A stretch of DNA of 20,000 bases, taken from positions 48,247 through 68,246 of the forward strand of contig NZ_LSUQ01000011.1 in assembly GCF_001642725.1 (NCBI RefSeq). Direction: 5' to 3'. This document shows positions 16,649 through 20,000 of the stretch, in pieces. The translations under genes and the position numbers were made by a program. The first letter of the stretch is position 1, and every line of letters begins with the position of its first letter. The notes below the pieces were generated by a model that had not been told where the DNA came from, did not search any database, and worked only from the letters and a program-made list of their open reading frames with translations. The DNA comes from Ferroacidibacillus organovorans. Its GTDB lineage: Bacteria > Bacillota > Bacilli > Alicyclobacillales > SLC66.

Positions 16649-18095
16649 GCGCGATTCCCCCTTGCCGACGTAGAGCGTCAAACGTTTGTCCCGCCGCCTT
16701 TTCATACGCGTGCGCAACGCGCAATAGCGTCTCCTCGTCATACATGCGGCCGATGAACTGAAGGCCGACGGGCAACCCGTCTGAGAGCCCACACGGCACG
16801 CTGATTGCGGGGAGTCCCGCCAGATTGACAGGGATGGTCAGCGCGTCATTTAAATACATCGTCAATGGATCATCCGTCTTCTCGCCAAGCTTAAACGCCG
16901 TCGACGGCGTCGTCGGTGACAAGAGCACATCCACATTCGCAAACGTGCACAAAAAGTCTTCGCGAATCAGTGTGCGAACACGCTGCGCGCGCTTGTAGTA
17001 CGCGTCGTAGTAGCCGGAAGAAAGCGCATATGTACCGATCAGAATGCGTCGCTTGACTTCTTTGCCAAACCCTTCGCCGCGCGTTTTTTTGTAAAGATCC
17101 AGCAAATCCGCGACCCCGTCCGCGCGATAGCCGTAGCGCACGCCGTCAAACCGCGAGAGATTGGACGACGCTTCAGCCGGTGCCAGAATGTAGTATGCCG
17201 CGAGCGCATATGACGTGTGCGGGAGGCTGACAGGCAGAATCGTTGCACCCAGCGCCTTCAACTGTTCAATCGCCGCGTTCACCGCGCGCGAGACGCCTTC
17301 CTCCACACCCTCGCCAAAGTACTCCTGCGGAATCCCTACGCGCAGGCCCTTGATCTCTCCCGTCAGCGCCGCGCGATAATCCGGCACGGGTAGGTTTGCC
17401 GACGTCGCATCGAGCGGATCGTGCCCCGCGATCGTCTGGAGAACCATCGCCGCGTCCTCTACTGTGCGCGTCAGCGGTCCGATCTGATCAAGTGAAGAGG
17501 CAAACGCGACAAGGCCAAAGCGCGACACCCGCCCATACGTCGGCTTTAGACCGACGACACCACAAAACGCCGCGGGCTGGCGAATCGACCCGCCCGTATC
17601 GGAGCCGAGCGCAAACGGCACGAAACCAGCCGCCACCGCCGCCGCCGCGCCGCCGCTCGATCCACCCGGCACACGTGTGAGATCCCACGGATTGCGCGTG
17701 ATTTGATAGGCTGAATTTTCCGTCGATGAACCCATCGCAAACTCGTCCATGTTGAGCGCGCCAAGAAGTGTCGCGCCAACCTCTTGCAACTTCTTGACAA
17801 CCGTTGCCGTGTGGGGTGGTCGATACCCTTTGAGGATCTTGCTGGCGCACGTCATCTCACGCCCCGCGACACAGAGGTTGTCTTTGAGCGCGTAAGGGAT
17901 TCCCGCGAGAGGCGACGCCTCATGTAGAGCCTGCGGAGCCGCTTCGGTCAACGCTTCCTCCATCCGCAAGAAAGCGCCAACCTCGCCGTCCCGTTTGCGA
18001 ATCGCCCGAAGCGCGTCCTGCGCGAGCGACGCCGAGGTGCGTTCGCCCGCGTCAAGCGCGGCGCGCATCTGCAGAATGTCCATCTCGCCGATCAC
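16641..18095 (-). CDS. gatA: Asp/Glu-tRNA amidotransferase subunit A
   Basis: [22 protein letters not shown] amidase signature. Confidence 0.97.
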   Translation of the reverse strand: MIGEMDILQMRAALDAGERTSASLAQDALRAIRKRDGEVGAFLRMEEALTEAAPQALHEASPLAGIPYALKDNLCVAGREMTCASKILKGYRPPHTATVVKKLQEVGATLLGALNMDEFAMGSSTENSAYQITRNPWDLTRVPGGSSGGAAAAVAAGFVPFALGSDTGGSIRQPAAFCGVVGLKPTYGRVSRFGLVAFASSLDQIGPLTRTVEDAAMVLQTIAGHDPLDATSANLPVPDYRAALTGEIKGLRVGIPQEYFGEGVEEGVSRAVNAAIEQLKALGATILPVSLPHTSYALAAYYILAPAEASSNLSRFDGVRYGYRADGVADLLDLYKKTRGEGFGKEVKRRILIGTYALSSGYYDAYYKRAQRVRTLIREDFLCTFANVDVLLSPTTPSTAFKLGEKTDDPLTMYLNDALTIPVNLAGLPAISVPCGLSDGLPVGLQFIGRMYDEETLLRVAHAYEKAAGQTFDALRRQGGIARV

Positions 18096-18391
18096 GATGA
18101 CGCCCCCTCAAGCACCGCAGGTACGCGAAACTGACCGTCTTCCTCATCCGGCGCGTTTGCGACGGCGCGCTCCGTTCCAAGGGAAGGACGCGGTTCATCC
18201 GCGCGCGTCACCGTTTCCTTTACTCCAATGTGACTCGTCTCTTGTACATCGGTCACATCAAGCGACTGAAGGGTCTCTGCGTATTCGAGAATCCTTCCAA
18301 GATCGTGAACCAACGCGCCCGCCTCATCTTCAGAAATCGCGATGCGCGCGAGGTTTGCCACGTGATACACATCTTCGATCGACAAGTTCAT
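18092..18391 (-). CDS. gatC: Asp/Glu-tRNA amidotransferase subunit C
   Basis: [11 protein letters not shown]...FRVPAVL; GGAGG RBS; GTGA overlap with gatA. Confidence 0.95.
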   Translation of the reverse strand: MNLSIEDVYHVANLARIAISEDEAGALVHDLGRILEYAETLQSLDVTDVQETSHIGVKETVTRADEPRPSLGTERAVANAPDEEDGQFRVPAVLEGASS

Positions 18392-18425
18392 AGCTAGCCT
18401 CCACCTGAAAATACCTAGTTTTTTA

Positions 18426-18434
18426 AGTATACCA
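18426..18434 (-). promoter_or_regulatory. Extended -10 promoter element for gatCAB
   Basis: TGgTATACT about 35 nt upstream of gatC; no good -35. Confidence 0.6.
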
Positions 18435-18460
18435 TAGCGTTTTACGCACTCGACGCACGC

Positions 18461-19405
18461 TCAGGACAACAAGAGCACAATCGAGAGCAGTGAAAAACAG
18501 ATCCCCAAGAGATAAAGAATCGTCACGGTTTGCTTTTGTGAGAGCCCAGAGCGCATCAATTGATGAAATGTATGCCCTTTATCCGCAACATAAATCGGAC
18601 GATTCTCACGAAATCGCCGAAAAATAACATAGAACGCGTCCATGATCGGAACGCCAAGCGCCAGCACAGGAATCGCGACAGACACAAGCGCCGCCGACTT
18701 GAATGCACCCTCTACCGCGATGCCAGCCAGGATAAACCCGAGAAAGGTCGCGCCCGCATCCCCCATGAAAATCCGCGCGGGATAGAAATTGTGACGCAAA
18801 AACCCAAGCGACACACCAACGAGAATCACCGCGAGCATCGCCATGGATGGGTGTCCTTTTACGACGGCGATAAAAAACAAGGTGGTTGCCGAGATCGCAG
18901 AAATGCCTGCCGCAAGTCCGTCCACACCGTCCAGAAAGTTCATCATGTTCGTGATTCCGATGACCCAGATCATCGTTGAGGCGATCCGAAGCCACTCCGG
19001 AAATACCACGTAGGACGGATGGAAAAAAGGAATGTTCAACCCCTGAACACTCACCCCGTAGGTCGGCAAAAGTGAAGCTGCGCCAATTTGCACAAGCAGT
19101 TTAGGCCACGCTGGGAGCTCTTTTGAGCGAGTCTTTGTGAAATCATCGATCAGGCCTAAAAAGAAGATGATGGTTCCACCCAGCAAAATGCCGTCAAGTT
19201 CTCGACTGCCTTTCGCGAAAAAGACAGCTGTAACGAAAAACCCGATGACAATCGCCACACCACCCATGAGCGGGATCGGATTTTTGTGTAACTTGCGATG
19301 ATTCGGCTGATCGACAAATCGGATGCGCAATGCCCATGTCTTGATCGGCGGGATAAGCGCCCACACCAAAACAAAGCTGATGACTGCCGCGAATGCATAC
19401 TGCAT
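18461..19405 (-). CDS. Undecaprenyl-phosphate GlcNAc-1-phosphate transferase (TagO/WecA, MraY/GT4 family)
   Basis: DQPNHRKLH..PIPLMGG, GLIDD, NMMNFLDGVDGLA, FMGDAG; ATG 19405 with AAGGA RBS. Confidence 0.9.
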   Translation of the reverse strand: MQYAFAAVISFVLVWALIPPIKTWALRIRFVDQPNHRKLHKNPIPLMGGVAIVIGFFVTAVFFAKGSRELDGILLGGTIIFFLGLIDDFTKTRSKELPAWPKLLVQIGAASLLPTYGVSVQGLNIPFFHPSYVVFPEWLRIASTMIWVIGITNMMNFLDGVDGLAAGISAISATTLFFIAVVKGHPSMAMLAVILVGVSLGFLRHNFYPARIFMGDAGATFLGFILAGIAVEGAFKSAALVSVAIPVLALGVPIMDAFYVIFRRFRENRPIYVADKGHTFHQLMRSGLSQKQTVTILYLLGICFSLLSIVLLLS

Positions 19406-19653
19406 GATGGAAAAAATCCTTCTTTCTGTTCCACATAGAGTGATCATGGTCTAACAAGAAGCAGTGCCGCATATCCTTGGTTGAACCTTTCGAATTCGGA
19501 CAAACGAGGAGTGATCCTTCTGAACTGGCTCGCCATTCTCGACGCGCTTTCCATTCCCGCCGCCTTTGTGGCAGGCCGCTACTCGACGCGCTTTCGCTTC
19601 GTGCGCGTGCGCCGTCGCTACAAACAGAATGTTGACTCGTTTATTCGCGGGCG

Positions 19654-20000
<347 letters not shown>

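Noticed and set aside
16649..16792. 48-aa N-terminal extension of GatB in the ORF track
   Set aside because: Overlaps gatA; the conserved start with an RBS is GTG 16648
18392..18460. T-box leader for gatCAB
   Set aside because: Spacer is only ~70 bp and lacks the GGTGGTACCGCG motif

Overview
Bacillales chromosome window, probably an Alicyclobacillaceae-like firmicute with GC-rich core genes (inference). Almost all genes are on the minus strand. Right side: conserved ligA(partial)-tagO-like-gatCAB-dgkB-rlmD block. Left side: DeoR-galT-galK-galE(partial) galactose operon. Between them (~4290-12720) is a more AT-rich, heavily decayed accessory region starting at the 3' end of rlmD. It holds a second copy of the rlmD 3' end at 9746-9792 (att-like; 14-bp core shared with 12751-12764) next to an unannotated C-terminal remnant of a large serine recombinase. 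It also holds a string of unrelated small cargo genes and pseudogenes: a secreted pair, an APH-like kinase, a P-loop protein, two SAM methyltransferases, a 2H phosphoesterase, DUF925, a MATE pump and an ArsR/flavin reductase pair. Several spacers between these genes contain degenerate ~30-bp arm-core-arm motifs (TTGAAC/GTA arms, GGGCARG core), suggesting a decayed integron-like cassette array built on dif/Xer-like sites. That is the most speculative and most interesting signal.
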